The translations under genes were made by a program, and so were the position numbers. 64,000 nucleotides of DNA. It comes from Octopus bimaculoides (taxonomy: Eukaryota). The stretch is taken from the NCBI RefSeq assembly GCF_001194135.2, contig NC_069004.1:23168022-23232021 (forward strand). Reading direction: 5' to 3'. Position 1 is the stretch's first letter; the number at the start of each line of letters is the position of its first letter. This document shows, piece by piece, positions 1 to 13,355 of the stretch. The notes beneath the pieces were generated by a model. That model had not been told where the DNA came from. It saw only the letters and a program-made list of their open reading frames with translations, and did no database searches.

Positions 1-380
1 TATGTATGTATGTATGTATATATATATGTATATATTCTTCTAGTTGTTTCAGTCATTGACTGTGGCCATGCTGGAGAACCACTTTAAGGGGTTTTAGTCA
101 AACAAATTAACCCCAAGACTTATTCTTTGTAAGCCAAGTACTTATTCTATCAGTCTCTTTTGCTGAACTGCTAAGTCATGGGGATGTAAACACACCAACA
201 TTGGTTGTCAAGCAATGGTGAGGAAGACAAACACTGATACACACACACACACACACATATATACGGTGGTTATATTTCAGTTTCTGTCTACCAATCCACT
301 TGCCCAAAGTTTCATGTAGTGGGATTGAACGCAGAACCATGCAGTTGGGAAGCAAGCTTCTTACCACACAGCCATGCCTG

Positions 381-673
381 TATACAAAAATGTTGTTGAC
401 AGTGACTTCAAAGTTTCAGCCAGCTAAGCCATCGTTGGGCTACAATTCATAAGAATTAGTCTTGTTTTATATAGTCTATGCTGGGTTAAAATCATCTTTG
501 GGTGCTTGGGTTTGAGTTGTGGGTGGTAAACAAAAACCTAATTACCACCCCCAACCCAAACATGATTTTAACCCAACAGAGGCTATAAAGACTAATTCTA
601 ATGAATTGCAGTCCAATGATGGCTTCTTAGCTGGCTGAAACTTCAAAGTCACTTTCAACAACATCCTTGTATA
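381..673. mobile_element. Foldback MITE with TIRs of about 120 bp, TA-flanked (Tc1/mariner-like)
   Basis: gtgacttcaaagtttcagccagctaag...attcataagaattagtc...gggttaaaatcat mirrored by atgattttaaccc...gactaattctaatgaat...cttagctggctgaaacttcaaagtcac. Confidence 0.7.
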
Positions 674-908
674 AGAATAATAAATTTTTTATTTTTGTTA
701 TTATAACTGAACATGAGGTCAACTTTGCCTTCCATCCTTTCAGGGTTGTAAATTAAGTACTAGTAAAACACTGGGGTCAATGTAATCAACCCAGCCCCCT
801 CCCACCAAATTTCAGGCCGTGTCCCTTTAATAGAAAGGATTATAACTGAACATAAAAATAAACAATTATATTTATTAATAAAGTAGTATTACAGAAAAAC
901 CAACTTAC

Positions 909-963
909 ACCATCACTAAGAACCAATCTGCCTTCTGCATCCGTGTTGTTGACCTCAACTGTT
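909..963 (-). CDS. NPEPL1: NPEPL1 coding exon 8: (R)TVEVNNTDAEGRLVLSDG; gene continues beyond the window start
   Basis: tttacAG acceptor, GTAAG donor, 55 nt, phase 2/0; NTDAEGRL is the M17 leucyl-aminopeptidase signature. Confidence 0.95.
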
Positions 964-2422
964 CTGTAAATAGAAATAAGGTAAAAAGGTGAATTTTGTC
1001 GTTCATTAAATTATTTGGGGGCACTGCCAAAGACTGTTAGCTTCATCTAAAGCAGTGTCTCCTAATCTGTGGTACTAAAATTCATTTCTGGGAGTACAGG
1101 GAATACATATGAAACAAGTTCAAATCAAACATCCTCAACCTTTAAAAAAACATCACAGTGGAAAATTTAAGGAGGAATGCAAGTAAGGTTTGAGTGGTAA
1201 CCAAAAGGGGTTCAGGACTAATGAAAAGTCAGGAACTACTGACCTTGGATAAGTCAGCCCCTGCCTTAACCCTTTGGCCTTTAAACTAGCCATATTCAGC
1301 CCGAATATTCTATCTGTTTTATGCTCAAACCAGCCAGATGTAAAAATGTTTGTTAGCCCAGCTCTGGAGAGGGAAACATGCATACATATATATGGATGTT
1401 TATTTTTGTAAGTGCGTTGTATATATGAATGAGTATGAGTGTTAGAGTCTCCATTTTTGCATGTCTTATATGAGTCAATGGTGGTGCTGTACTTATGTCT
1501 CCTGTAAAACATTCTCTAATAATGTGGTTTGTGACAACCATTGGAATAAAAATACCGAACTAGAAAAACAGTAAGAGACGGTGACAAGAAATGTTACTGG
1601 TTTTCTCAGGTCACATGACTGCATAGAAGTACTGTCGTTGGTTCGGATAGTAATGTTAGCTTCTAAAGGATGAATAGCTCTTGACTGTTGACTTCTAGTC
1701 ACAGACCCCTCTACTATTCCTTTCTGCTTCAGACTTATGAAGGAGATGACAAAGGACTGAGATATCTGGTATCTTGCTGTACTCAAGAAGACCCATCCAC
1801 CACAGCAGAATTTATCCTGATGCTGGTGCTACATAAAAAGTACTCGGTACACTCTGTGGAGTGGCTGGCATTAGGAAGGGCATCCAACTGTAGAAACCAT
1901 GCCAGAACAGAAAATGGAGCCTGGTGTGGTCCCTTGCCTTATCAGCTCCGGTCAGACCAGCCAACCCATGCCAGCATGGAAAACAGACATTAAATGATGA
2001 TGATGATGATTTATATATTTATGTCCTATTATATGGACATTTGGCAAACAAACAACAGCATCATTGCAATGGGCCAATCACTGTTGCACTGCATGTATGA
2101 AGGCTTGAGCATCAAGGGAGTATCTGTACAACTTGAGCAGAATAAATATGTTTTTGTTTGAAAGAATCAGTTTGACCATTTTCTTAACATTTACATTTGA
2201 AAAATATAGTGACAGACAACCCCAACACCCGCACACATTTATATATACAGATATATGATGAGCTATGGAAGAGTTTCTGTCAACCAAATTCCACTCTTTA
2301 GTCCATTGGTAAACTTGAGGCAATAGTTGAGGACACTTGCTTTAATGGGATCAAACATGGAAGTCCATGGTTCACAAGTGTGGAACCCCATTTGTAAGAA
2401 AGAACTGAGATACACCACCTAC

Positions 2423-2523
2423 CTCCCTGAATACATATTGATGATATCATCTGGACGGAGTGCATCAGGACTAATGGCATTTTCCGCTAGGCAGAAGATG
2501 GCATGTAAGTTTTCCGTGAAGCC
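2423..2523 (-). CDS. NPEPL1: NPEPL1 coding exon 7: GFTENLHAIFCLAENAISPDALRPDDIINMYSG(R)
   Basis: tttcAG acceptor, GTAGGT donor, 101 nt, phase 0/2; LHA.FCLAEN and RPDDI motifs. Confidence 0.95.
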
Positions 2524-4506
2524 CTGAAATATTGAAAGTAAACAGTCACTCCATATAAAACTATACTTAATTATACAAGTAATTATATTAACAGTAATTA
2601 AATGTTTGAACAGTGAAGCAAAGTTTACATTCGATCTTCTAGCATTAAACCTGGCCCAAATGTTCTACTTGTTTTTATGTTCCCACACTTGCCTTAATAT
2701 ATCATTCTAAAAATAAAGTGCATCATTGAAATCTCGAAGCTATGAGATTATGCATGATTAATGATCAATTTAAACAAAGCCAAAGCAATCAGATATAAGG
2801 AGCATACTCTTTGTATCTAAATACTTTAATAAATATATAACTGTATGTGTGTGTATTATATATATATATATATATACATATATATATGTAAAATGTAGTA
2901 GAAAAACTGGATTCAGATAATCAAGCAGTATTCACAGTAAGCTCCCCATTCAAAATCAGTTATGTGTTTATGCATTAATCAATTACCATGTAGTATTACT
3001 TGATACATTCATGCAACTGAAAATCCTATGAAGGAGTAAATAAATCAAAGTCAGGAGATGTGAGAGGTGAATACAGATTTATTTTTTCCATATGATTACA
3101 GCTGTTTTATAACAAGCTTCATATAATATTAATTTCGGTATGCATAATTATATGTACATGTTTACAGTAATATATGCTCAGCCTCTGACCGTGGCATATA
3201 AAAAGCACCATTTGAGTGTTGCCGATGTCAGTGCTGCCTGACTGGCTCCCTTGAGTGTGACTGATGCCAGTGCCACCTGACTGGCTCCCATGCTGGTGGC
3301 ACATAAAAAGCAACAACCACACTCTTGGAGTGGTTGGCATTAGGAAGGGCATCCAGCTGTAGAAACATGGCCAAAATCAGATTGGAGCCTGGTGCAGTCC
3401 TCAGTGAAACTGTTCAACCCATGCCAGCATGGAAAGTGGACGTTAAACGACGACAATGATGTATTCACAAACTGATGCAAATAAAGAATATACAATTGTA
3501 TTGTATAATGCTGAGCATACATATTGATATAAACATATAAGCATACTGAAAATAATCATCATCATCATCGTTTAACGTCCGCTTTCCATGCTAGCATGGG
3601 TTGGACGATTTGACTGAGGACTGGTGAAACCGGATGGCAACACCAGGCTCCAATCTAAATTTGGCAGAGTTTCTACAGCTGGATGCCCTTCCTAACGCCA
3701 ACCACTCAGAGAGTGTAGTAGGTGCTTTTACGTGTCACCCGCACGAAGGCCAGTCAGGCGATACTGGCAACGGCCACGCTCGAAATGGTGTCTTTTATGT
3801 GCCAGGTTTCAAATTTTGGTACAAGGGCAGCAATTTTAGGGGAGGGGATGAATCGATTACATTGACCCCAGTGTTCAACTGGTGCTTATTTTATTGACCC
3901 TGAAAAGATGAAAGGTAAAGTCGACCTCAGCAGAATTTGAAACATAGTGATGGGTGAAATACTGCTAAGCATTTTGTCCAGCGTGCTAACAATTCTGCCA
4001 GCTCGACACCTTAATACTGAAAATAATAATACTACATGAAGAAGGTTATGAACTGGATGTAATCATATGGAAGACATGCATAAAAAATAAATCTATATTC
4101 ATCCCTCACACCAGCCTGACTCTCCCCAGGCACAAGGCCACCTCCTCCAATACCCACCCTCATCTCAAAAGAGTTTTGTCTTGCGAGTTACTTGATGACC
4201 AGCTGAAGGGCATCCAGCAATGAAAACCATGCCAAAGCAGACTTCACTGGTGCTGGTGTCATGTAAAAAGCACCCAGGCCACCCTGTAAAGTGATTGGTA
4301 TTAGGAAGGGCCTCCAGCCACAAGAACCATGCCAAAGCAGACCTCATTTGTGCTGGTGACACATAAAAAGCACTGTCAACTCTGTAAGATGGTTGGTGTT
4401 AAGAAGGGCATCCAGCCATGAAACCATGCCAAAACAGACAGTGAAGCTCTTGTCAAACCATCCAACCCATGCCAGCAAGGAAAGCACTCGTTAAATGACA
4501 ATGATG

Positions 4507-4551
<45 letters not shown>

Positions 4552-4777
4552 TATGAACGCATACACATTTCTTCTTTACCAGCTTTCTTTCCCTTCTTTC
4601 TCCTTTCAACTTTGGATGTAAATAAGATAACAGACAAGAAAGAAATAGATCTCTCCTTCTCTCTCACATATATATACATATATATACATATATACATATA
4701 TATACATATATATACATATATATATATATATCTGGAAAGAGAGGAAGTAACTAAACAAACAAAAACTAAGTCCGTAC

Positions 4778-4855
4778 CAACTTGACAGTTGAATAAAAAG
4801 CACCAAGAATGGCAGCTGCTCCCCCACAATCCCGTTTCATACCCAGCATGGTTGC
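4778..4855 (-). CDS. NPEPL1: NPEPL1 coding exon 6: ATMLGMKRDCGGAAAILGAFYSTVKL
   Basis: ttttatttcAG acceptor, GTACGG donor, 78 nt, phase 0/0; MKRDCGGAAA motif with the metal-ligand Asp. Confidence 0.95.
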
Positions 4856-5554
4856 CTGAAATAAAAATGAACAAAAATTATGGACAGAGAAAGGGGAAAG
4901 CAATATTATGAAACAACTACATTATTATTATGGTATTCGTGGTTTGTAATTTACGTACAAGGCCAGCAGTTTTGAGGGGAGGGGATTAGTGGATACCATT
5001 GACAACAGTATTTGACTGCTACTTCATTTTATCAACCCCAAAGGGATGGAAGGCAAACTTGACTTTCTTGGCTGTATTTGGACTCATAACACAAAGAAAT
5101 GAAACAAATGCTGCAACACATTCATCTAAAGGTTCTGCCAATACATCACCTGTATAATAAACAAGAGCAGCAGCAACAACTGCATCACCCTCACAATACC
5201 AGCAGCAGCAGCGACAACAACAACAATAATGGTTTCAAATTTTGGCACAAGGCCATCAAATTCAGAGGAGGAACAAGTCAATTACATTACCTCCACTGCT
5301 CAATTGGTACTTATTTTATCAACCAGTAAAAAAAACACCATTTTGAGCGTGGCTATTGCCAGTACCGCCTGACTGGCCCTTGTGCCGGTGGCATGTAAAA
5401 GCACCCACTACACTCTCGGAGTGGTTGGCATTAGGAAGGGCATCCAGCTGTAGAAACTCTGCCAGATCAGATTGAAGCTTGTGCAGCCATCCGGTTCACC
5501 AGTCCTTGGTCAAATCGTCCAACCCATGCTAGCATGGAAAGCGGACGTTAAACA

Positions 5555-5586
<32 letters not shown>

Positions 5587-5896
5587 AAGGATGAAAGGTA
5601 AAGTTGACCTCAACAGAATTTGAACTCAAATGTAAAGATGTGATGAAATACCACTAAGCATTTTGCCTAGTGCACTAATGATTCTGTCAGCTCACCATCT
5701 TAATAATAATAATAATAATGGTTTCAAATTTTGGCACAAAGCCAGTCATTTCAGTGAAGGGGTTAGTCAATTAGACACCCCTCCCACCGTACTTAACTGG
5801 TACTTATTTTATTGACCCTGAAAGGATGAAAGGCAAAGAACAAGCAAGAACTCTGCATGATAATAATGATGATATTATTATGAAGCTATGACAATA

Positions 5897-5941
<45 letters not shown>

Positions 5942-6480
5942 GCTGATTTCTAAGTTGCTGTCACTACCACCAAAATTAACTCATCCACCTCAATCCTAAC
6001 AGTAAAACTGTTCTGACAGTTCTTGTCACATCCTACTCGTCACCATCTCCTCACCTCTCCCCTTTGGTGATGAAGTCTATTATTAACTTTCAACAGGTAA
6101 TGTCAGGGAAGGAGTCTTCTTCCTTTCTGTCCTACTGCTCATCAAACTCCTACCATGATCACCACCACTGAAACCAGGCCATTGTTGCTATCATCAAACT
6201 GGAGCAAGAGTGACTTTCACAGTATACAACAATGTTGTTGTTGTCGTTAAGTAACTCCTGGATAAGCTCTGTCTAGTAGATCTCTGATTACAGAGGTCCC
6301 AGCTGTGACTACTATGTATTTTTATTTTGACAGTGTATCGACATTATTCAAGGTGTCCGAATATCGCTACAAAAAAATATTTAAAAAAAAACCTATGTTG
6401 AGGGACATTTAGCTGCAACTTCTAGCTAATTGATGATCAGTATTGAATTGGTAATAAAAAAAGAAAAAAAAAAGGCTTAC

Positions 6481-6623
6481 CTTAGATTTGATACATAAAC
6501 CACCAGTGTCGTAGACAATTCCTTTACCAACCCAACATATATTATATGTGGCCTTTTCTGGTTTATGGCTCAGAACAACCAATGCAGGTGGATGAGCTGC
6601 AGCTTTACCAACATTGTAAACAC
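6481..6623 (-). CDS. NPEPL1: NPEPL1 coding exon 5: (G)VYNVGKAAAHPPALVVLSHKPEKATYNICWVGKGIVYDTGGLCIKSK
   Basis: Too short for the ORF track; translated by hand. ctaacAG acceptor, GTAAG donor, 143 nt, phase 1/0; carries the M17 GKGIVYDTGG..IK metal and catalytic residues. Confidence 0.95.
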
Positions 6624-7129
6624 CTGTTAGAGAAAAGTAGATTATAGATTAAACATCATCATCACATTTATCACCAATGATACCACCCATCTCCTATTAC
6701 CAGTATCATCACTACTTTAATACTCTGTTCCAATTTTACAGGGGTAGGGTAGACTTTTAACCCAGCAACTGTGTACACACAATCTCCTCTACTGCCACAT
6801 CTTAAAACTCAATTGTCTCTTTTTAAGTTTTTATTTTCTTTGAACCAAACTCAGTCAATATCAAACAGACTTATGATCAACAATGTTTCAACTATGGCCA
6901 CCTCATCCAATGTGCCCCTTCCATTTTTTTAAAGATATTAATATATGATTTGAGGGAAATTTTACTGTTATTTCTAGCAGGTGACCACATAGAACAGCAG
7001 TTCTCAGCTACTTTTTATCTATAGACCCCTTTGATTACTATTTTACTCTGGCGGACCCCTTTGGGCATTCAATGTTTAAAAACTAGTTTTATAGATACTT
7101 TTTTTTTTCATGGACCCTTAAAATACTAC

Positions 7130-7710
7130 TATGGCTTGGTTGGCTTCATGCTCTTCCTTGATGGGGCTGGGTTCATTCCAAGTTAGTAGTCCCAGAGGCA
7201 TCATCATGCATAGACCTGACCAGGTCCACCAGTGCTCTCCATCACTGGCAATCTTGTGCCAGCCCCTCTGCATCCTCCAAGGTGATGTTGAGCTTCAGGA
7301 GATCTACCCCAATCATGTCTAGCTATCTGGTGTGGGGCTTGCAACAAGGACTCTTCCAGCTTGCCACTGCTGCATTGAATGAGAATAAAGCCCTGACAGG
7401 ATGATCTAGTGAGAGACAGAGGACATGTCCATACCAGTGCATGTGATGGATAGCTATGAGGTGGGAGGCTGTGGGCTGATGTGTGCACACACACACACAC
7501 ACACACACAGTTCTCTGTTGGAAACGTGATGGTACCATCTGATTTCTCAATGGTTCTCTCTATTCTCTTCTTTGGAGCAGAAACATGGCTCCTCTTGAAG
7601 ACCCTGGCAAAGAGGAAATACTACTGTGGATTTCCAATTTAGTATTTTGCTTGCATACCCCACTGCCCAATCTTATATGGGCTACCAGATTCATATGGAC
7701 CCTGGCAGTG
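7130..7710 (-). mobile_element. RTE-clade LINE 3' remnant
   Basis: Minus strand WYGHVLCLSLDHPVRALFSFN...WKSPCCKPHTR*LDMIGVDLLKLNITLEDAE..AQD..WRALV, typical of the RTE ORF C-terminus. Confidence 0.65.
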
Positions 7711-8989
7711 GAGGCATGTGGCTTAGTGGTTAGGGTGTTGGACACATGATCAAAAGATTGTAGTTTCGATTCCTGGACCAGGTGACAAGCTGTGTTTTTG
7801 AGCAAAACACATCATTTCACCTTGCTCCAGTGCACTCAGCTGGCAAAAGCAAGTAATCTTGTTACAGACTGGCATCCCTTCCAGGTGAGGAATTTATACG
7901 CCATGGAAACAAGGAAAGCAGCCCTTATGAGTTGGCATGACTTCTGACGTTATATGACCCCCAGTTGAGAAGCACTGACATAGAAGCTCCTACATGGGCT
8001 TCTGCTCTTTGGTCTACTTTTCTGATATATCTGCTGGTTTAGATGTTCCAGGAGGTCTTTCTACATTACATTGTTGATCCCACTCAGAAAGATTGGCGAG
8101 ATGAGTTCTTCTGTTTTGTGACAACCTTCAGATTATTGGTTTCAAATTTTGGCACAATGGGCTAAGTTGATTAAATTCACCCCAGTACTCAACTGGTACT
8201 TATCGACCTCTGAAAAGATGAAAGGCAAAGTTGACCCTGGTGGCATATGAATGTAAAGACAGATGAAATGCCACTAAGCATTTTCTCTGATGTGCTAATA
8301 ATTCTGCTAGTTTGTCATCATCATTTAACTTCCGTTGTCCATACTGGCACGGGTTGGATGGTTTGATCAGGGTTGGTAAGCTGAGGGGCTGCACCAGACT
8401 CCAGTCTGATTTCGTATGGTTTCTATGGTTGGATGCCCTTCCTAATGCCAACCACTCTGAGAGTGTAATGGGTGCTTTTATATGTCACTGGCACAGGTGC
8501 CAGTTGCATGACACCAGTATCTGCCACAACTACAATTTCACTTGGCTTGATGGGTCTTCTACTCAAGCACAGCATATTGCTAAAGGTCTCTGTCATTTGC
8601 CATTGCCTCCATGAGACCCAATGCTCAAAAGGTGCTTTTTATGTGCCACTGGCACGCATCATCCTCATAATAATAATAATAATTAGTCTAAATTTGGTAC
8701 AAAGCCAGCAATTTTGATGGGAGGGTAAAGTCAATTACATTGACTCTAGTACTCAACTGGTACATCATTTTATCGACTATGGAAGGATGAAAAAGTAAAG
8801 ATGGCCTCAACAGGATTTGAAATCAGGACATAAAGAGCCATACCAAAAATGGCAAGACATTTTTGCTTAGTGTCCAACCAATTCAAACAATAAGTTCTTT
8901 ACTTTTGATACAATCATGACTGAGAAGAGGACATTAAATGAATAATAATAATAATGAGGAGGGGGAGGAGGCAGCGGCGATGATGACCT

Positions 8990-9830
8990 AGCAACAACCC
9001 AATAGTGGCCGAGAAGATCAGGACTGAAACCTAAAGGTTTCATATTGGCAGCACAAGATCAAAGCTTGCTTACCAAAAACTACCAAGCTAATGTTCTTCA
9101 AAATGGTGCTGACCTTAAATGTAGATTCTGCGACACATTTGAAGAAAAAACAGACCATCTCGTCTTGGGATGTCCTGTACCAACACCAAAGAAATACAAA
9201 AATCACCACAATACGGTCAGAGAGTATTCACAATGGAAAATATGGAAACACTACAAAATCAGTGCTCCTGCTTACTGGTATGAACATCATCCTGAACCAG
9301 TAGTTGAAGATAAAAATGTTACTATCATATGGGATTTTCCAGTCAACACTGACAGACTGACCCAGGCTATTTGACCAGACATAGTCATTAAGGACGAGGA
9401 AGAAAATACTAATAGATGTAAGTGCTCCCAATGATAAAAATATATCTGTAAAGGAATTTGACAAATTAAGTAAATATAAGGACCTGGAAATTGAAATACA
9501 AAAGATGTGGCAGCTTAAAGTGAGAATTGTTCCTGTTATTTTGGGTGCAGTTAGATAATATCCCAGGAGAACCATGTCTCAGAGAAATCTAAAAGGTTGT
9601 GCTGACAAGTACTGCCCACATCCTTAGAAAAAACCTGTCAATTTAAATGTTTGTGTTGTATTACATGAAGATATTTCACTACTGCCCCTGTCACTTCCCT
9701 TTCTCAGCTTTCAGTCATACTGTAACAACTCTTATCGTTCACTTGTTTTAGGACACTCAGCGTCTTGGCAAGTGATTGTAACAAACATACAGATTAAAAG
9801 TAAATAATAATAATAATAATAATAATAATG
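8990..9830 (+). mobile_element. 5'-truncated R4/Dong-clade non-LTR retrotransposon (RLE domain), frameshifted
   Basis: AAQDQSL.TKNY, CCHC knuckle CRFCDTFEEKTDHLVLGC, WY.H.PEPV, WDF, PDIV..D, IDV and KLSKYKDLEIEI motifs; (AAT)n at 9803-9829 and at about 8941-8955. Confidence 0.85.
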
Positions 9831-9841
9831 AATATGTTTAC

Positions 9842-9923
9842 CTCCAAATCCTTTTTCAGCAAGTTCATTTCCACGAATTATAAGAGGAGTAATATTTAAT
9901 TCAGCACCAATTTTAGAAATTTC
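9842..9923 (-). CDS. NPEPL1: NPEPL1 coding exon 4: EISKIGAELNITPLIIRGNELAEKGFG(G)
   Basis: ctgcAG acceptor, GTAAA donor, 82 nt, phase 0/1; homologous to EINKVGKELGIIPTIIRDEELKTRGFGG. Confidence 0.93.
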
Positions 9924-10529
9924 CTGCAGAAAGAATACGAAAGAAGCTGTCGTTTGCAAGATTATAATTTTTCAATTAATCTCATTTGTAGAGGCAAAAT
10001 ACTTTTTCTCTTTTAAAGATAATATTTACATCTATAGTGTGATAGTGAGTGGCTTAGTGGGAAGGGTAATGGGCTCGTAATCATTAGATTGTAAGTTCAA
10101 CTTTAGGGCTGGGCAGCATGTTGTATCCTTGAGCAAGGTACTTCATTTCACATTGCCACAGCCTACTCAGTTGAAAATGAATATCAACAGCAGCTGGAGT
10201 TGAACTCTGCAATGGACTGGCATCCATTTGGGAGAAATCCTGTGCTTTTAGTCACTTAAATACAATTAGAAACTTATAAGTTTTGACTGTATGAACCTGT
10301 AAGTTCAAGACAGATTTCTACAATACATACTCTTTTAATCAGTTTAATCTCTGATTATTTTAAGGCAGTTCATTATATACGTACATAGTACCAAACTAGA
10401 TTCAAACTAGGAGCCTTTACTTGTAAAATATCCAGTGAATGTTTAACCCTGTTGACACCAGTTCGCTCGAGACCATCCTTCTTGTTTGATACAAAACTGC
10501 TCATTTAAAAAATAATTAGATTTACCAAA

Positions 10530-10840
10530 GTGATGGTGTGTGGCTTAAGGGTTAGAGTATTTAGCTCATAGTTGTGAGTTTGATTCCTCACAGTGCATTG
10601 TGTCCTTGAGCAAGACACTTTATTTCACATTGCTCCAGTCCACTCAGCTGGCAAAAATTAGTTGTACCTGTACTTCAAAGAGCCAGCCTTGTCACATTCT
10701 GTGTCATGCAGAATCTGAACACTATATTAAGTGTCTGTGCGTCTGTGGAATGCTCAGCCACTTGCACATTAATTTCACGAGCAGGCTGTTCTGTTGATCG
10801 GTTCAACTGGAATCCCTGTTGTAATCAATAGAGTGCCATT
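10530..10840 (+). repeat. tRNA-derived SINE (family D)
   Basis: tRNA-like head, gtgtccttgagcaagacactttatttcacattgctccagtccactcagctggcaaaaat body, cagccacttgcacattaatttcacgagcaggctgtt tail; copy at about 16930-17238(-); variants at about 7705-7930 and 50440-50790. Confidence 0.8.
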
Positions 10841-11555
10841 TAAAGTATTTACCATATTCATCATTTTAACATCTTTCAAGCAATGTCAAGACAAGAAGAC
10901 TCAGACAAACCCCACACTTGCCCACACATATCCTTACATATACGACCGGCCTCTTTCAGTTTTTATCTACAAAATCCACTCACAAGGCTTTGATTAGTTC
11001 AGGGCTATAGCAGAAGATACTTGCTTAAGGTGCCATACAGTGGACTGAATCCAAAACCATGTGGTTGGAAAGCAAACTTCTTAACAATACAACTATGCTT
11101 ATATTTGCCATATTTGCCATATTTGCCAGTAGATAACTCATTTTTTTCTTTTGAAAGAAAATTTAGAAAATAGTTGATTCTTTCAAAAATGAAATAACTT
11201 TACATAAAAAGTAACTTTTGTGTGAAGTGTGCAGGGTTTCTTTCTAAGATTTTTATCTAAAGAAAAATGTGCATGTTATATGCTGGTAAATCTTTTAAAT
11301 TAAAAGCTTCCTTCATAATTTCATGTAAGAACATTAAAAGCTATGTCACAAACACTGACTTATTGTATAATTTATTTTATTTTCACTGAATTTTTGGTTA
11401 TTTTCAAGATTGATTGACATTTAAAACTGTAAAAACTGTAGACAGAAAAGACGTCGACAGCTGAAGACAAAAAAGATACTGACTGCTGAAAATAGAAATA
11501 ACAATAACTGCATGAAAGATGCCAACAACTAAAGATAGAAAAGATGTCAACTTAC

Positions 11556-11816
11556 ATCCACAAAGGCATCAGTATGCATTTCAGAACAAGGAGCATCCAC
11601 AAGTCTAGCAGCCAGTCTAATGCCAGATGTGACTGTTTGAAGGCAATCCAAATCACTAGCAGCAAGAGGGGTTTCACAGTCATTACCAACTAAGATAAAT
11701 TCTACAGTAACTGACTGCGAAACACTGTTTGTACAGCTTGCCTTGCAGGAATATTCGGGAAGTGCACGTGCAATAGCGCAAGCTGATGCCAACACATCTC
11801 GACGCTCACAGATCAT
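11556..11816 (-). CDS. NPEPL1: NPEPL1 coding exon 3: MICERRDVLASACAIARALPEY...VTVEFILVG...GIRLAARLVDAPCSEMHTDAFVD
   Basis: tttcAG acceptor, GTAAG donor, 261 nt, phase 0/0; ASACA.ARA.P and G.RLAAR.VD.PC.EM.TD motifs. Confidence 0.95.
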
Positions 11817-13355
11817 CTGAAAAGACAAACAGTTTTGAAAATGGTTGAAACAAATCTTATTTATTTGACTTATGATACAAGAAAAACAGATGACACATTA
11901 CCTTCATAAGGGCTTCAATAAGTATATTAGAAACAATGCATATCACTTTCTCTTTTATCTTTCACCTGTTTCGGCCATTGGACCACCTTGAAAGGTATAG
12001 GCAAACAAATTGACTCCACTGCTATTTTTTCTTAAAGCCTGGTTCTTATTCTGTCAATCTCTCAGTCTTTTTGCTGAACCACTAAGTTATGGGATCGTAA
12101 ATAAACCAACACCAGTTGTCAAATGGTGGTGGTGGGGACAAACACAAATGTATGTATGTGTGTGTGTGTATACATGATGGGCTTCTTTTAGTATCTGTAC
12201 ACTAAATCCACTCACAAGGTTCTGGTCAGCCCACAGCTAGACTAGAAAACCCTTGTCTATGGTACCAGGCAGTGGAACTGGACTGAAGCATGTGGTTTGG
12301 AAGCAAACTTCTTACCACACAGCCACAACCTATAAAGTTAACAAGTTCCCACACCAGGGAAGTCTTATATGAAATGTGGTTACGACTCCTAATCCTGCCC
12401 CTCATCATCATTTTACACTCACTTTCCATTTTGGTAAGCATTGAATGGGTTCACCATGGTCTGAGTTAGTTCTGACCCAGAGTCCCTGTTCTCTTAGATA
12501 GATTGAAGGATCACTTCACAAGTTTTACCTGTACTGCTTTCTACAGCAGTAAACCAGGAGCTGTGGTTTCTGCCTCTCCTTCCCATTAACTCTACATCAG
12601 AAGTTCTCAACTGGGGTCCACATCGCTCTTGGAGGCCCCTATAAAATTTTGCTGTTAAAATTTGTCAGCAACAGATTGGTTAAACTTCTACAATACTCAA
12701 AATATTTAAAACAATTCTTTAAATACAATTTCTAATAATATTTAATTAGAAAAATACAATAAGAATTTTTAAACACCAAATGGCTAGGTGGGTCCACCCG
12801 AGTAAAATAGGAATCAAATGAGTCCAGAGACAAAAAACGGTCAAGAAACACTACACAAAAGTTGACAAGTGTAACCTTCCCTCCTTTGACTAAGAACATC
12901 ATCATCATCATCGTTATTTCACATCTACTTTTCCATGCTTGCATTGGTCAGACGGGATTTGTTGAGAGATTTTTTTTGGCAAATCCCTCACCTGTTTCCA
13001 AACAAAGTAATATATTTCTCCAGACATGTCTTCCATGGACAGAACAACACCATTTGTATAAGTGATGCTCATTTACAAACATCACATGACAAGACATGAG
13101 TAAGCATACACACACCACCATCATTCAACATCCATGTTCCATAAATTGGACATAAAGGTCTTCTTTCAGTTTTTGTCAACCAAATCCCACAATGCTTTTG
13201 TTAACCTAGGGCTATAGCAGAAGATACTTGCCCAGTGTGCTGTGCAGTAGGACTGAACTCAAGGCCACATGGTTGGGAAGCAAGTTTCTTAACCACATAG
13301 CTACACCTGCACCCAATATATAAAAAAAAAATATGTAAGTAGAATAAAAACATAC

